From: the human T2T-CHM13v2.0 reference genome, Homo sapiens
NCBI RefSeq assembly: GCF_009914755.1
Contig: NC_060929.1
Reading direction: 5' to 3' (one strand)
Length of the DNA stretch: 64,000 nucleotides
Translations under genes and position numbers: made by a program
In this document: piece after piece, positions 44,232-62,299 of the stretch
How the letters are laid out: each line of letters starts with the position of its first letter
Position numbering within the stretch: the stretch's first letter is position 1
The notes under the pieces: model-generated
Databases searched by the model: none
What the model was told of the DNA's origin: nothing
The model's input: only the letters and a program-made list of their open reading frames with translations

Positions 44232-46235
44232 TCAAAATGACTGAGGGGGTTTATATAAATAGCTTTCTTGATGATTCTTTTGGTAAAGTCAGTACTTCTT
44301 TAATAGCTAAGATGTCAGTTGTGAATTGACCTTGTGGGTTCATTAGGAGGATTACCGGCTGGGCTTGCTACAGGAGGCCCCCCTGTAGTGAGGCATTTCC
44401 TCCCAGTGGCTTTCCAACTGTGTCCCATGAACCTCTGCTGGGGTGAAGTATGGGAGAAAGGGCAGGCCAGTCTGGCCTTCCTCCTCTTCCTCCTTCTCCT
44501 CCCACCCCTGACTCCCCACCCAACCAACTCTATTGGTTTTCCTGCCAAAAGGCATTTACCTCCCTGCATTGGTGACTTTGCCTCCTGGGGCTGGACTCCT
44601 GAAACCCTGACCTAGGCTTCAGGCCTGCTTCGATTCAGTTGTGTCTGGCATGCTGTCAGTGAGACCTAAGCCTGCCGTCTCCAGGAAATGCACTCTGAGG
44701 ACAGCAAAGGGCAGCTATGCTTTTTTAGACACATTCCAAGATGGAAGGGACAGTGGGGGAGAAGCAGGTGCTGCAGAAGTTGACTCTGTCACTCCTGATT
44801 ATTTTAAAAGGCCAGTTTGGGTCAAACTGGTCTTTGACTTAGGAATCCTGCTGCCCAGAGGGGCTCGTGTTCTGGTCTGGTAGTTGGTGGGACTTTTCCT
44901 CCTTTAGGCTCAGAGATCCTTTTTCTGTCAGGGGCTGATACAATGGAAATTTTTCCAAAAAAAAGTTTATGAAAGTTGGAGAATTTTAGTGGTAAAAATG
45001 GGAGATTGGGAGTAAACATATCAAGATATTGAGGCAGGAAAAAAAAAGGGGTGAGATGGGTCATCCATGCATCCCAGCTACTGTGAAACTGCATTCTAGG
45101 CTTTTGAGGTGAGCTTCCTCAACTTATATCTACATAGCATATCTTTTAAAATAAAAAACAGACGTACCTGTCTAGGCGCACCCCTAGGAGTTGCAGGGGA
45201 CAGGCGTTTGGTGGACCAAGTTGCGTGAGACATACAAGTGATTGATCTCATGAGATCTGGGGCGGGGGATGCAGGTGGCTTGGCAGTCAGGCAGGAGTGA
45301 AAGGAGCTGTGTGTGTTGAGAGTGACACAGAGTCTAGGGTTTCCTCTCCTTGAAAGAGTTCATTCCTTAATGGCAAAGGAAAATCCTGGTCATGTCAGTA
45401 GGTGAAGGTGGCCAAATTAGCAAAGACGTCTGTGGTGAGACCACCTCTCCCAACCCGTGTGGCTTGCAAAATGATCATTCAAACCAGGACACATGTAAGT
45501 TCCACTCATATGTGGGAGAGGGAAGGTGAGCCTGTTTTTGCTGAGTCTCTGATCTAGGCGGTCTCCAGAGGGCTATGTGGGTTGTACTTCTTCGATGCCC
45601 ATGTGAGAGTCACCACAGCCTGAGACACATAAGGAGAATGCAGTAGTGCCAGCCTGTGGCCTTCTGTTCTGGGTTCTGCAGTGTGTGTGTATTGATTGGG
45701 GAATGTGGGTAAGAAAACCCTCGCCGAAATGTGTTCTCTCTGCAGTGCTGATGCGGGGATGGGGTACCAGAGAGGAGTGGATGGGCCACAGGTAGGAAAA
45801 CAAAATCTGTTTTGAAAAGGTATAGCTTCAGGAACTCACCTGGCCCCACTCGTGTCCTTGGGGTTTCTGCATTGAGCCTGGAGGCCACCCATACCTTGCC
45901 AGGCAAGCCCAGTCTGCCCTGAATCTGGGGTACCAGACCTGACTAATGAGATGTCTCCCTTCTGTGCTGAAAGGAGGCACACAGAACTTGTTCTGGTTTT
46001 TTGGGGTCCCAACACAGAACCGAGTCCTTACGGATGAGGTGGCCTGGTCTGCTCTTGGAGAAGCAGGGTGGCAATAGTTGACAGGGCCAGTATTCTCAGA
46101 TGACCATTGTTCTTTCTGGCTGTGGGATGTGGGGTTGTGACCACCCCCGAGACTCGGCCTAAGGCAGGGAAGGATATAGTTGGACCTCGGAGAGCATCTT
46201 TCTGCTTACTAGCATTTGAGATTATAAAATTTTTT

Positions 46236-46241
46236 TTTAAT
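46236..46241 (-). terminator. Candidate proximal poly(A) signal ATTAAA
   Basis: tttaat on the + strand inside an AT-rich island within an otherwise GC-rich UTR, ~600 nt after the stop. Confidence 0.35.
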
Positions 46242-46844
46242 CAAAAATTTCCAAAATAAAGTGAGTGATTTCCCCATCCCCCAAGATGCAGTAAGTCTTG
46301 TTGGCTCTCCCTCAGGCTTACAGCAAGTCAAATGGAAAGAAAAGCAAGAAGCAGCTGCGAGGGAGAAGATGCGGTCCCACGCGAGGACGGATGGGCTTTC
46401 AGTTCGGGAGGGAGGCCCCTGCTCCTGGTCGGCCTCTGCTTCCGGGCCACTCCGTCAGGGCAAAGCCTGGCTGGGTCTGGCAGTAAGGGACAATGACTAT
46501 GTGAAGGCAACTGACAGAGGTGTCTGCTTGGAGAGCAGGATCCCTTGGTTCCATGATGTCCCCAGGTCACTCGGTGTGCAGCTTGGCACAGAAATGATCC
46601 CTTTACACAGCAGCATATGTTCTCATCGTAGCTCAAGGCATAAATCATACTTCCTAACGAAAAAACCCCAACCTTGGTAGCAGCGCATACCTTATACTAG
46701 GAAACTTGCAAGGAGACCAGTGTTGAACCACAAAGCGAGTACAGGTTTTTGCTTTTGTCTGTAAAAATGTACAGCGTACCTGCTTGAGGCTGCAGTGTCA
46801 GGACTAGGGGGTGTTCCTTGGCCCAGGGCTCTGCTCTGGGCCCT

Positions 46845-47651
<807 letters not shown>

Positions 47652-49681
47652 TCAGTGATCTAATAGCCTAGTAATAAGATCTATCATTCTGCAGGGGATG
47701 TCTTCATAAACAAATAATCTATGATCTCAATCCAAACGCAGTGGAGTTACAAATGTTCCTGGATTTATGCTCTTGTAACATGCACTCATCGTTGGAAATG
47801 ATTATGGAGGAAGGCGAGAGGCGCTTCAACTGCTTCTCCATTTATAATACTTATGAACTGTTTCCCTGAGGCCCATGCCAGCTAGAAAGGGGAGAGTCTG
47901 TGTCTGGATGGTGAGCATGGAGGAAAAGGGCAAGAGATCCCTGCCCCGATTCTGCCTGTTACAAAGATAAGAAAAGAGTTCTATATCCTTGCTGTTTTCT
48001 AGACTAACTGGCAAGTTAGAATTTGAGGATGCAGATGCAGCTGAACAAGTGCAGATGTCCTGTTAGTACCCTCTTCCCCTGGAAGGGAAACATGTGGGGG
48101 CAGTCTCTTCTCTGACCACATTGGTGATGCGGGTAGGAAGAACCCTGGGCATTGGGGTTGAGGACAGCTTTTCCCTCCGGAGCCAGATGGCCTGGTGCCG
48201 GCACACTGCCCTGCTAGCTGCAGAGCCTGGGGCAGGCTGCTTGCCTCTCTGAGCCTCAGTGACTGTAACCAGGTTAGCTCCTTCCTAGGGCTATTGGGAG
48301 GATTTGATCTAAGAGGGAACTTTAGCAGAGGGACTCAGGTAGGTGGGAGTTGCTCAAATCTGGATTTTCTAAAATTCCTCTTTGGAGGCTGGTTGGAAGT
48401 ATGGAAAAGCCTGACTCCAGGCAGGACTTCCCTTTGATCTTGAGAGCCTGTGCCTAAATCCCTTGCTCACAGAGGCCTTTTGGTGCTGTGTACACCTGCA
48501 GGAATAGAGCAGAATCTCTTCTGTAGTTTTCTCTAGAAAAACTGTACCCCAGAGTAGAGGAAAATACTCCCTCCAAGGCACATCTTTAAAGCATCCTTAA
48601 AGAACCAGAGCATGGAAATAGCAAGAAAGAAAACTCTGCTCTTATAAGAAACTTTAAGTTAAAAGCCACACACAGGAACTGCAGAACCTCTGAGTGTGCC
48701 CGACCCTCAGCTGAATACAGCTGCTTTATGAGGGCTTCATCATTTAATATACTCTTAGAGGCTCTTGCACAGGCTCTCTCTGCAGTGGGAGGGTTCATAA
48801 AGTGGCTTTCTTCCTTGGGTGAGGGTGAATGGGTGCATCTCCAGCAACAACTTGCAAAAACGAATCATTTCTTTCTGCAGAGAGGTGCTTGATGGCGGAT
48901 TATAGAAAGGTATAAATAGTGCTACAAGACATTTGGGGTCTTGATGGCTTAGAGACAGGCTTGGTCGTCTGGCAGTGGTAAGTTTACAGAAGATATTGGG
49001 GGCTCTCTGAAGTGAATACGGATGGGGACTGACCATGCTGGGCCGAGGTCTGCAGTTGAGGCCATGGCTCTTATTATTGGGTGGTTGTTTTAGGTAGTGG
49101 CAAACCATGGCAATCAGGAAGCCTTGTCTCGTTGTGGGCTCCCCACACAGATGCTCTGGGGGTTCCTAAAGTATTATGGGCTGTGGTTAGATGGGAATGT
49201 GGAAGAATGGTGCACTGAAACAAGACTTGGCTTTACATTTAGTCTGACTTTGCCAGTTCCTAGCTGTGTGACATTGGTCAGTGTCTTAACTTCTCTGATC
49301 CTCATCTATAACATAGGGGTTAAGACCACTGGGACTAGATTTTTGTGTCTAGCAAGCAGAGGGTGCTCAATTTACTGCTACTGTTTCTTTCTTTCCTCTG
49401 CTGTCTTTACCTTAAGGATGGGACTTCCTGACCTTTCTGGGCCACTGAGGGCATTAGGAGCTGGGTGCCTTCAGTATAATAGAGTTATTGACCCCAAGCA
49501 ATGAGGACTAGGCTCTGGGTCTGTTTTACTGGACCTTCTCTGTTCCTTCGTGATGGGGTCCAAATCCAGCATGGGAGTGGAGGAGACAGAGAAATGAGCA
49601 GGTCCCATGCTGGGCAATGCTGCCCCTTGCAGGGCTGAGCTGGAGCGGGGAGTGCCTTAGAGGCATCATGGGCCAGTCTCA

Positions 49682-49792
<111 letters not shown>

Positions 49793-52285
49793 CTACAACA
49801 CAGAGTGGGAATCCTAGTGAGGGCCCATGCAGGTGGGGGCTGAACCTGGAGACACCTGTACGCTCAGGTGGAGTCACCCCGGCAGAGGGGTGCTTGGGAG
49901 AGAGATGACTAACAAACCTCAATCTCAGGGAAGAGGCAGGAGCAAAGTGGGAGCAGTTCAGGCACATCCTAGGCAGGGACCCATTCTTCCTGAAAGAGGA
50001 AGTGGTGGGACAGGACTGATTGCCCGAATTGCTTCTGCCCCATGGTTAAGCCTGCCTTGCTGCACTTTGTCAGCCACCATGATGGCAGAGTGAGAACCTG
50101 AGGGGTGGTGGTGGGGTTTCCAAGGGAAGTAAGTCTCCAGAATGGAAACATCACTGTGGTTGCTCAGAGACCACCTCCTCTCGTAATGGGGAATCCTACC
50201 TTCTCAACATGTAAGCCAGGCTAGGGAAAGTGGGAGAGGGCTGTCAATCATGAAAATGTCACGTGGTGGAACTGTCTACTGGGAGTTCATTTTTCTCTGG
50301 TGCCAGATGCCTGGGCCAGTTTGTTGGTAGTCTCTGTCGGATGCTGCTCACAGGCATTCTCTGAGGTGCGACTCCAGGACTGATGAGAGAAAGCAGACAT
50401 CCTACGGGATGCCACTCTGACATGCTGGGCTGTTGAGATGTCTTGCATTTAGAATGCTGGGAAGAGGTCCTGGTCTCACACAGGAGACTTGCTGTAGAAA
50501 GTCAACAATTAGGCCCTGTGCCTTGTACAAATTGGTAGTGACAGAGCACGGCTGCCTCTGTTTCCCTGGAGGTAACGCTTTCTCCCCTGTGGACTTGGCA
50601 GGAGACAAGAGCCTTTCCCTGGTGTGTGTCCCAGCTGCACTCATGTCAGGGAAGGCACAATGGCAGCTCTGAGCAGAAGCCAGGTGGTGTGTGAAGTCAG
50701 ATAGGATGAGTGAGTGGTCTGGAGTCCCTGCCATGAAACCCCTGTGGTCAGGCTGGGCAGCCCCTCTGTCAGCTAGTGAGGCCCAAGCCAGCCAGACTGT
50801 GTCCTCCTGCCTTCTGCATATGCTCATCAGCCTTGAAGTTCTAGGCCACTGCCCAGAAAGCAGCAGACCAGTGGTCCGATGAGGGGCTTAGCCAACTTAC
50901 AGGCCCCGAGAAGCCCAGACCCTCTGTGCAGGAGAGGAGGCAGATGCTGGGCCCCTGAACGGGAATGTGAGACACTTTTTCTAATCATGATATTGTGGCC
51001 ACATGTGTAGAAAGGAGGGTCTAGATTTCTGCAGCCTGAGGCTTGGCCTGCAGGGTGAGAGCTGACTCTGGTGGGGGCTTGTGACTCCCATGGCTGAGAG
51101 CTCTGGATGCTTCTACTTTTTAGGAATGGAGCTGCCTTCTGGCTTTTACTTTTATGACAAAACAAACAGCACCTGGCCTGCCTCCTCAGGCAGGCTGGAG
51201 GCTTGTGTCTTTTTTCGTCTTGCTTTCCTCTGCAGTCAGCAGGCAGAGTGCTGGGCTGGAGTGATGCAAGCCATGATTTTCAGGTTTGAGGCAGTCCTCA
51301 TGTTGCATTAGGTTATTTCTCTGTGATTTTTTTTAAGAGGCCAAATGATTACTTCTATGGTAAGCTCATAGGAAAAAACTCATAGAAGTGGGTGTTAAGA
51401 AAATATCAGCGTTAGGAAACTGGATCTTAGAGAGTCTGAAAAGAAAATGCCAGGGAATTCCAAGAAGCCATGCAATCATTGCTTGGTATCAGGCCTGTCA
51501 TTTTAGCTCATAGTAGAGATGGAAAATTACAGGCTGTCATTGGTCAATGTCATTCACGCTTCACTGCTCTGACACCCTAGATTCAGAGGTTACTTCATCA
51601 AAACGCAGTGCCATGGGCCATTGAACTGATGTGGGCATGTCAGCCTCGTTTCTCTGAGTCACGAGTTCCTCCTCGGCTTTTTCTTGTGTCCTGACACACA
51701 GCTGGGCCCACAGTGCCCTAAAGATAACTGTCAAGCCCCTCACATTTGCTGCCGTATGGGCTTGGTACAGGAGATGCATGTATGTGTCTGAATCTCAGGA
51801 TATGCCCATCAGTTGGCAGGGTGGGGACAGCAAGGCTGGGCATCTCCCTCAGAGGGGTGTATGAAGCCAGCTGGGAAGTGGCATGTGGAGGGGTGGGAGA
51901 GAACATGGTATCCAGAGGACAGGCTGGGAGGCAGCTAAAAGCTGGCCTGAGAAAGGGGGTGGGCCAGAGAGTGCTGGGCAGCATTGGAAAAGATGCCAAA
52001 CCTTCCAAACCTGGGTGCTGAGGAGGGCTTTGGTGGAGGGAGCCTCATTTGTACAAACACGTTCATGTAGTCTTCCCAAAGTGTGTTCAACAAATCCTTC
52101 AGTGTTGGATATTTAGAAACAATATTAGGATATTATTTTTAATCTCTTGCAAATACAAACAACGCAGTAACAAACATTGTATTTGTGAGAGATTAAAAAT
52201 AATGTCATAGCTCAATTTTTGTCCACATCCATGATTATGGCCTTTGGAAAAATTCTGAGAAGTCAAGTTGCTGGATCAAAAATTA

Positions 52286-52599
<314 letters not shown>

Positions 52600-53131
52600 T
52601 CTTTCAGGCTTTTGGTTAACACTTCCCAATGGCTCACCACAAAGACTATGCCAGTTGAATTTCCAGGAGCAGTTTTTGTGAGCAATGGTTTCTTTAATCC
52701 TAGCCCACAGTGATGAAGGTAGGTTTATTCAAATGATTTCATATTTTTTTTGTGATAATGCATATCCTAGACTTTCCAGTTATGAGAAGGGAAGCATCAT
52801 GCTGTAATTCCTGGTATTATGCTTTCAGTGTTTTGCCATTTAGGCAAAGGTAAACTATTGGTTATTGGTTTTGGAGAAGTAGTCTTTATTATATTTAAAG
52901 AATTTCCTTCTATTCCTATGTTTAGGCTTTTTATTAAGAATGCCTGCTGTATTTAATTAAATGTCTTTTCAGTATTTATTGAAAACGTCCTACATGTTTT
53001 CTCTTTCAATTTGTTGGTGTTATGAATAATATAGACTGATTTCCTGACAGTGAACCATCGTTGCATCCTGGGAATGTGTTCCCTGCTTGAGCATTTAGAC
53101 ACATTCCTGGATTCTATGTCTTTTTCTTTGC

Positions 53132-53155
53132 GTGTGTGTGTGTGTGTGTGTGTGT
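53132..53155. repeat. (GT)12 microsatellite
   Basis: Read directly from the sequence. Confidence 0.9.
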
Positions 53156-54109
53156 AGTGTTTGTTTATACACATGCGTCTCTCCTGTGAAACTCCCTTTT
53201 TAAAATAAATTATCCTTGCATAATATTCCTGGATTTGTATGTTAGACAAGGACATGGGTCCAAGTCATCTCTTGGATTCCAGTCATTCCTGTAACCAAAA
53301 CCAATTCTTCACAATTTATTCATTTAAAAAAATCATAAGCCATGTGGTTTCAATGCGCTTTAATTTGAATTCAATTAAAAAGAATTTAACAAGTCAGCTT
53401 TTCCCAAACAAAACTTTATATTCTATTTTCTTTAGGAGCTCAGTGAATCTAAACATTAAGTTTCAATATAAAATCTTTAGAAACACCGTAAAACTATGTA
53501 AACAGTGGTAGTTTGCATCTCTTTGTTTGTAATCAATCACTGAGCCCATGAAATTCAAAGCCAGACAAATCCTTGTACTACTAAGGGTCATAAGCCAGAA
53601 TGTCTTAAAAAATATCCTCAAAGCTTTGGAATCCAGTAAGAATTAGGAAATGAGTCGGAGTCAGACACCCCGAGCACAAACTAGCGCAACCCCACAAAAC
53701 ATGTTTGAGTTTTCATCCTGGACTCTATTTTTAATAGTATGTTAGAATTAAAAACAGAATTCTGCCTCTGTATTTATAAGTGAGATTAGTCTACAGTTTT
53801 ATTTTTTATACTATTTTAAATCAGGTTTTATAATCACAATAACACTGGCTATTTAAAACAAACTGTGCATTTTCACCCTATAGTCTTGGGATAGTTCAAG
53901 TAAAATTATCTATATTTTGAGGACTTGACAAAACTCAGCTGTACATTTTTCTATGGTAGATTTTTCTTTAAAAAATCCATGGTAATTGCTCTAGCTCAAG
54001 TTTCTCTTTTCATAAGTCAGTCAGTTAATTTTTTTAAAACATTTTGCAAGCATTCACTCATTTCCTCTAGGTTCTAAAATTTGTTGCCTCAGAGTTGCAA
54101 TGTAGTGTT

Positions 54110-54408
54110 ATTTATTTTTTGAGATAAAATCTCATTCTGTCACCCAGGCTGGAATGCAGTGACACGATCTCGGCTCACTGCAACCTCCACCTCCACCTCC
54201 TGGGTTCAAGCGATTCTCCTGCCTCAGCCTCCTGAGTCGCTGGGATTACAGATGTGCACCACCACACCCAGCTAATTTTTGTATTTTTAGTAGAGACAGG
54301 GTTTCACCATGTTGGCCAGGATGGTCTTGAACTCCTGACCTCAGGTGATTCATCCACCTCGGCCTCCCAAAGTGCTGGGATTATAGGCATGAACCACTGC
54401 GCCTGGCC
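54110..54408 (-). mobile_element. AluS
   Basis: Alu consensus. Confidence 0.9.
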
Positions 54409-55342
54409 TATTTTTCAAGTCTTTTCATCCTCCTGTATCTGGAATAAAATTCCCTTTCTCATTCCTCATTTTGTCTATTTTTGTTTGCTTTTTTCTTTAT
54501 TGGGGTTGTGAAGGATTCATCTTTTTTGTTTTGCTTTCTATTAATTTTAGTCTCTATTCTTTCTTGCAAGTTTTGTTCTCTTTCAATTTCTTAAATACTT
54601 CCTTTTCAGGCTTTTAAGCCCCAAGAATTCCTTGGTACAGCTTTCTCTGTATCCTGTAAATTTTGATATGAAATAATAGTCTCTTTTTCTTTGCTTTTGA
54701 GACCATTGGTAGTTTTCCTTTTAATTTCCTCTTTGATCCAATAGATATATCCAGGAATGTTTTCTTAATTATCAGAAAATATAGCCTACAACATCTACTT
54801 TTACAAAAATTTAAAGTTTCTTTAGTGATATACTTTTTTATATGGAGACATACTAAAAAATTCTATTTGACTGATGAAAGGCTTTCTATGTTTTTATTAA
54901 ACCAAACTTCTTGTTTATATTCAATTTTCCTGTCATCTTGTCTCTTCGTATATTTTAAATCAAGCTCTTCTATGTTAATCACTCTTGTTTTACGTATTCG
55001 TTACGTTGTTTGTTTGATATAGATCAGCTGTTCAGCACCTACTGTCTCTCAACATGCTTAGTGCTCTTAACCCTAAATTCCACATTGCCTGACGCTACCA
55101 TGCATGCATGCTTTTTTGTTCACCTGTCATCACTATTCTCACCCCTTTAAGGGCAACCTTTTATTATCACTTTATGTGTGTTTCTTGGAAAAAAGTTATT
55201 GCTAGTTTTTAAACCCAGTCTGCTCATCTCTGCTTTTAATTGGGGAATTCAGTCATATTTGATATGAGATATTCACTTCTCAACTACCAATTTCAAACAA
55301 CATTCTCTGTATCCTCTCTTATCCCAATAAAATGAGGTTTAA

Positions 55343-55689
<347 letters not shown>

Positions 55690-56412
55690 CCTACTCTTTT
55701 TACTGAAACAATTTATCTTTAGTTACAGCTTGGTATCAGAATTTCTTTCATTGTCTCTCTCCTCATTCAAATGTCCTCACCTGGCACTTATTGTACATTT
55801 CTAGATAGCCTCTCCTCATCCATTTTACTTTTAATTTTAGATCTTCCTCTCCTGGTTCATTACTTGCCACTATCTCTGTCCACCTTGATGTCTCTAATCT
55901 GGCTCATCTGATGTTTGTCTAGTATCTTTCCTTAGGTGTGGCCCATGAGTGATGGGCTCCCTGAGTTCCTGCGTACCCGTATATCTTTCTTTTGTCCTGA
56001 CAGGTAAATGATGTCTTGCTTGGGAATAGAACCCTTGGAGCGTGTAGATGGGATACCACGGTCTTCCAGCTCCTATTGCAGGTGAGAAGTCCACTGTCAA
56101 TTTGATTAGTTTTTCTTAAAACTTGGAGTGCTGGAACTTTATCACTAGTGAAGAGATGTGTCATTTCTCATCAGTTTAAAAGGAATCTACAAGTCCAGGC
56201 TAATCTACAGGATTAAGTTTCTTCAACTTGAATATTTTATTGGAAACTTATTTAATGTTTGACTCCATTCTAATAGTTATCTTTTCTTTCTAAACTTCTG
56301 TTCTTCCCACTTCACGGCTCAACCTCTTCATGGGTTTGCTCTGTGATTTGAGAGAGCTTTTCTTGTTCTTTATCTTTCAGACTACTATTTTGGGTCTCAG
56401 TAGAAACCATGC

Positions 56413-56706
56413 ATTTTTCTTTTTTTGTTTTTTGAGACAGAGTCTTGCTCTGCTGCCCAGGCTGGAGTGCAGTGGTTCCATCGTGGCTCACTACAACCTC
56501 TGCCTCCAGGGTTCAGGCGATTCTCCTTGCTCCTGAGTAGCTGGGACTACAGCTGTGCACCATCACGTCTGGCTAAGTTTGGTATTTTTAGTAGAGACGG
56601 GGTTTCACTATGTTGGCCAGGCTGGTTTCAAATGCCTGACCTCAGGTGATCTGCCCACCTTGGCCTCCCAAAGTGCTGGGATTACAGGCGTGAGCCACTG
56701 TGCCTG
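56413..56706 (-). mobile_element. AluS
   Basis: Alu consensus. Confidence 0.88.
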
Positions 56707-57923
56707 TTCACATTTTTCATCTATTGCAGTTTTAAACTGGGAAATCTTTTTTGTTCTTTTTCTAGTGGCCCCTCCTCTTGAATTTTCTGAAGTGCTTTCT
56801 TATTTTTTGTTGGTATTTCTGGCAGCTGTATTTCTTTGGGCTGGTACTCTGTTCTGAGTGGCCTTTATTGTGGTGTCCAGGCTCTCTGATAGGTTATTAC
56901 TATTTTTTGTCACCTCACTGGACCCAAGAATGGTTGGTGGCTTCCCCAGTGTGACAGTGGCCTCAGAGTATAGAAACTGAAGTTGTGAGTGATGCAGAGG
57001 TGCAGGTAGGTGGTCAGTCCCTAGAAGGAAGCTTCTCCAGACCCTGGTCTTTCTGCCCTCTTGCCAGTCTTGGTTCCAGAGGGTTCTACAGGGGAGTTAG
57101 CTCCATTTGCAGCCCTTCTCACCTTGGGTTCTGAGAGAGAGAGAGAGAGACCCTAATCTCCAGAGGCATCCATTATATGTAATGAATTAACTTTTCTCCT
57201 GTGCACCCAGAATGGTTCTTTGCACCATCTTTGGGAGAATTGAGAAAATGGGCATTCAAATCACTTTACAGGGCTCATTCCTCTTATGGATCCCTGATGG
57301 GCAAGGCTGGGCAGGGCATACTCAAATTGCTCAAGTCAGGGTTGCTATTGACCTTTCTTGGCTGATGGGGGAAGGGATCCCACGGATCTCTGGAGCCCAA
57401 GCTCTACCCAAGGGAGTGCTAGATGTTTGGGCTCCAGAGCCACACTGTCTAGGGTGGACTATAGGCAAATTATGGAAATTTTCTGTAACCTAGCACACTG
57501 TAAGCACTTGGTAAGTGGGCTTTTGTTTACAGATATAATTGCTGCTGCTTCTCCTTCTTCATTGGCTAACATCTGCTGCTTGCTTTGACACTATTCTTCA
57601 GCCTCCCTTCTGGACCCCAGAGCCTCATTCTGTTGGGACCCAGGAGCTATTGGCTCAAGAGAGGCAGGATTGTGGGGCTGGATGGGGATTGGGTGCCACA
57701 TTCTGATTGTTGTGATGTCAGAATCCTATTCATCATCATTATTGCTGTCATCAATTGCCTGTGAGGGGCATTGGCCTGAGGCTGTTTCCTACTCTCTCCT
57801 TGAGCCTTTATGGATATATTTTGGATAAATGTAATTAGCTACCCGGGGAAGCAGGAGATACTTATTTTATAGGGAGAGAGTTCTTCTCTCAGTGGAGTGT
57901 GGGTATCAGCCTCCATGTGCTCA

Positions 57924-58520
<597 letters not shown>

Positions 58521-60269
58521 CAGAGGCATAAAATTAGTGGTCAATAATGTTCCTTATTTTCCTGCATGTTACTTAAAGGGACCTAGACCAACATGGCAAA
58601 AGTCTGAACACAGAGGCTAAGTTTTTCACTCAGGAACCAGCTCCAGGGTTCTTTCGTTCTTCCTGAAAGTCTTGGACCCTCAGCATCCTTCCCTAGACTA
58701 CTCTGTGGCCTAGATTCTGGTGAGTTGGTCCTTCCTCCTAGGTCATCTGAGGTGGACTTTGAGATCATCCATTATCACCCCTCTCTATCTATCTTTGTTC
58801 TACTCTGGGCAGTTTCTATCTTGCACAGCCTTTGACTGGCGCCTCTGGGTCTCAGACTATGGCATCAGCAGACGTGCTCTTTTTTAACTGCAGTACTGCT
58901 ATCCCCTGATGATATAGCTTCTCCTATGGCCCTGTCAAATGAAAGCTGTTTTCTACTTCTTATAGATTACAAGCTCAAAAACTCTGTTCTATAATGCTCA
59001 TGCCACTAGACTATGGCCCCCTGCTCTTCTTCTTGTCACTGGTCAACATTCTAGTCCTCCCTTTGCTGTCTTCCTCTCTACTACTCACTTGGTCACTAAG
59101 TTTGGTGCCTTCAATCCACATGGAAGAGTCATCCAAAGCCCTCCTTTTCTTAGTTCCTTCTTGGTTTCAATGATCTTTTCCTCCTCCCCACCTCAGCCAC
59201 CTTATACTTTGTTTTATTTCACCCACTCATATTCTAGTATTCTAATCTCTCCGATGAGGGGGAGAAAAACTGCATCATCTCTGCCTCCACTGGTCAAAAC
59301 TTTTCTAAAGAAGTAAGCATTTCTCCTTAACTCACTTTCACCAAGTTTCTGAATTCGTGCCGAATTCAGAGACCATTCTGTAATCCTATTTGACATTTCA
59401 GTAAGATTCCACATGATTAAACCCTTACATACCCTTCCTTACCTCACGTGGCCTCCCGCCTCCCTGGCTTCTCCTCTTCATTCTGACTTCATCTTTGACT
59501 GTCTTCTCTCTTTCACTGGAATGCCATGGCTTCTAATAACCCTCTATACTCTGATGACTCTAGAATTCATTCATCTGTTGATGATCTCAACCTAACGTAT
59601 AGAGAATTGAACTCTTGATTTTTCCCACCCTGCTGAAATATATCTCTTCTCCACTCATCACCATCTTTGAAGTCTCCCTTTACTCTCTTGCTTTAATTAC
59701 TCTCTTGCTTTAATTAAAAACTCTTGTCCCCTGAGCCTTAAGTAGAGGCTGCTTTTTATTTTCTAGACTTTACATACCCCGAGGCCTTTGTAGCCTCCAG
59801 CTACCTGTATTTGTTCCTGCCAGTTTCTCTTCATTCACCAAAGGCTTTAGCACCTGACACTGTCTTCCTCTACTGAGAGCTTCCTAACCCATCAGTAATG
59901 ATACCATCTTGACAACACATTCTCCTCCAGCTATCCTGTTAAACTTCCCTCAAGTTTGGACTTTAGCTGTTCTCTCTCCTTTCTGCTTAACCTTCTCCCA
60001 TTGGATTTCATACTCTTATTCTAAGGTGGTATGGAGCAGGAGTCCAGAGAACTTAAGCCAAAAATCATTTAAATTGAGGACAGAATTTTTCACAGTCTCA
60101 ATGTGCTGAGCAGCAAGGCTATGGCAGCCAAGAGATCTGATCCTGGCAAACAAGCCCCAGGATTAGGGGCAAATCAGAGGCAGGCTGAGCCCTACAGAAG
60201 CTTCAACTCAGTCTCTACTCTCTTTGCCTAGCAGAGGAAAGTGTAATCTTCTATATAGAGTGTTTGCCA

Positions 60270-62070
<1,801 letters not shown>

Positions 62071-62299
62071 GCAGTTGGAACATGTCCCATTGTATTTGCC
62101 AAGAGAAACACGACCCTGGCTATTTCCAACTTTCTTCATATAACAAGCCTTTACTGGGGAAACTGAGCATTGTTGAAGAGATCCAACTCTGGTCTCACTT
62201 TAAATTTATACCCACAATTCTTAAGTGGGCCCTCATTGTTGCCCAGCAGTCCTATCAGATTTGCCTGGCCAGTTCAGTCTCATGTTGAACTTTTACCTC

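Larger units (their letters stand above)
44205..46844 (-). other. FSTL4: FSTL4 3' UTR to the main poly(A) site (~2.6 kb)
   Basis: Unique sequence after the stop codon, ending at AATAAA (44231-44226) with a downstream U-run. Cleavage position is approximate. Confidence 0.75.

Noticed and set aside
50402-50827. 141-aa intronic ORF on the FSTL4 strand
   Set aside because: No recognisable domain, and the flanking FSTL4 exons already join in frame without it.
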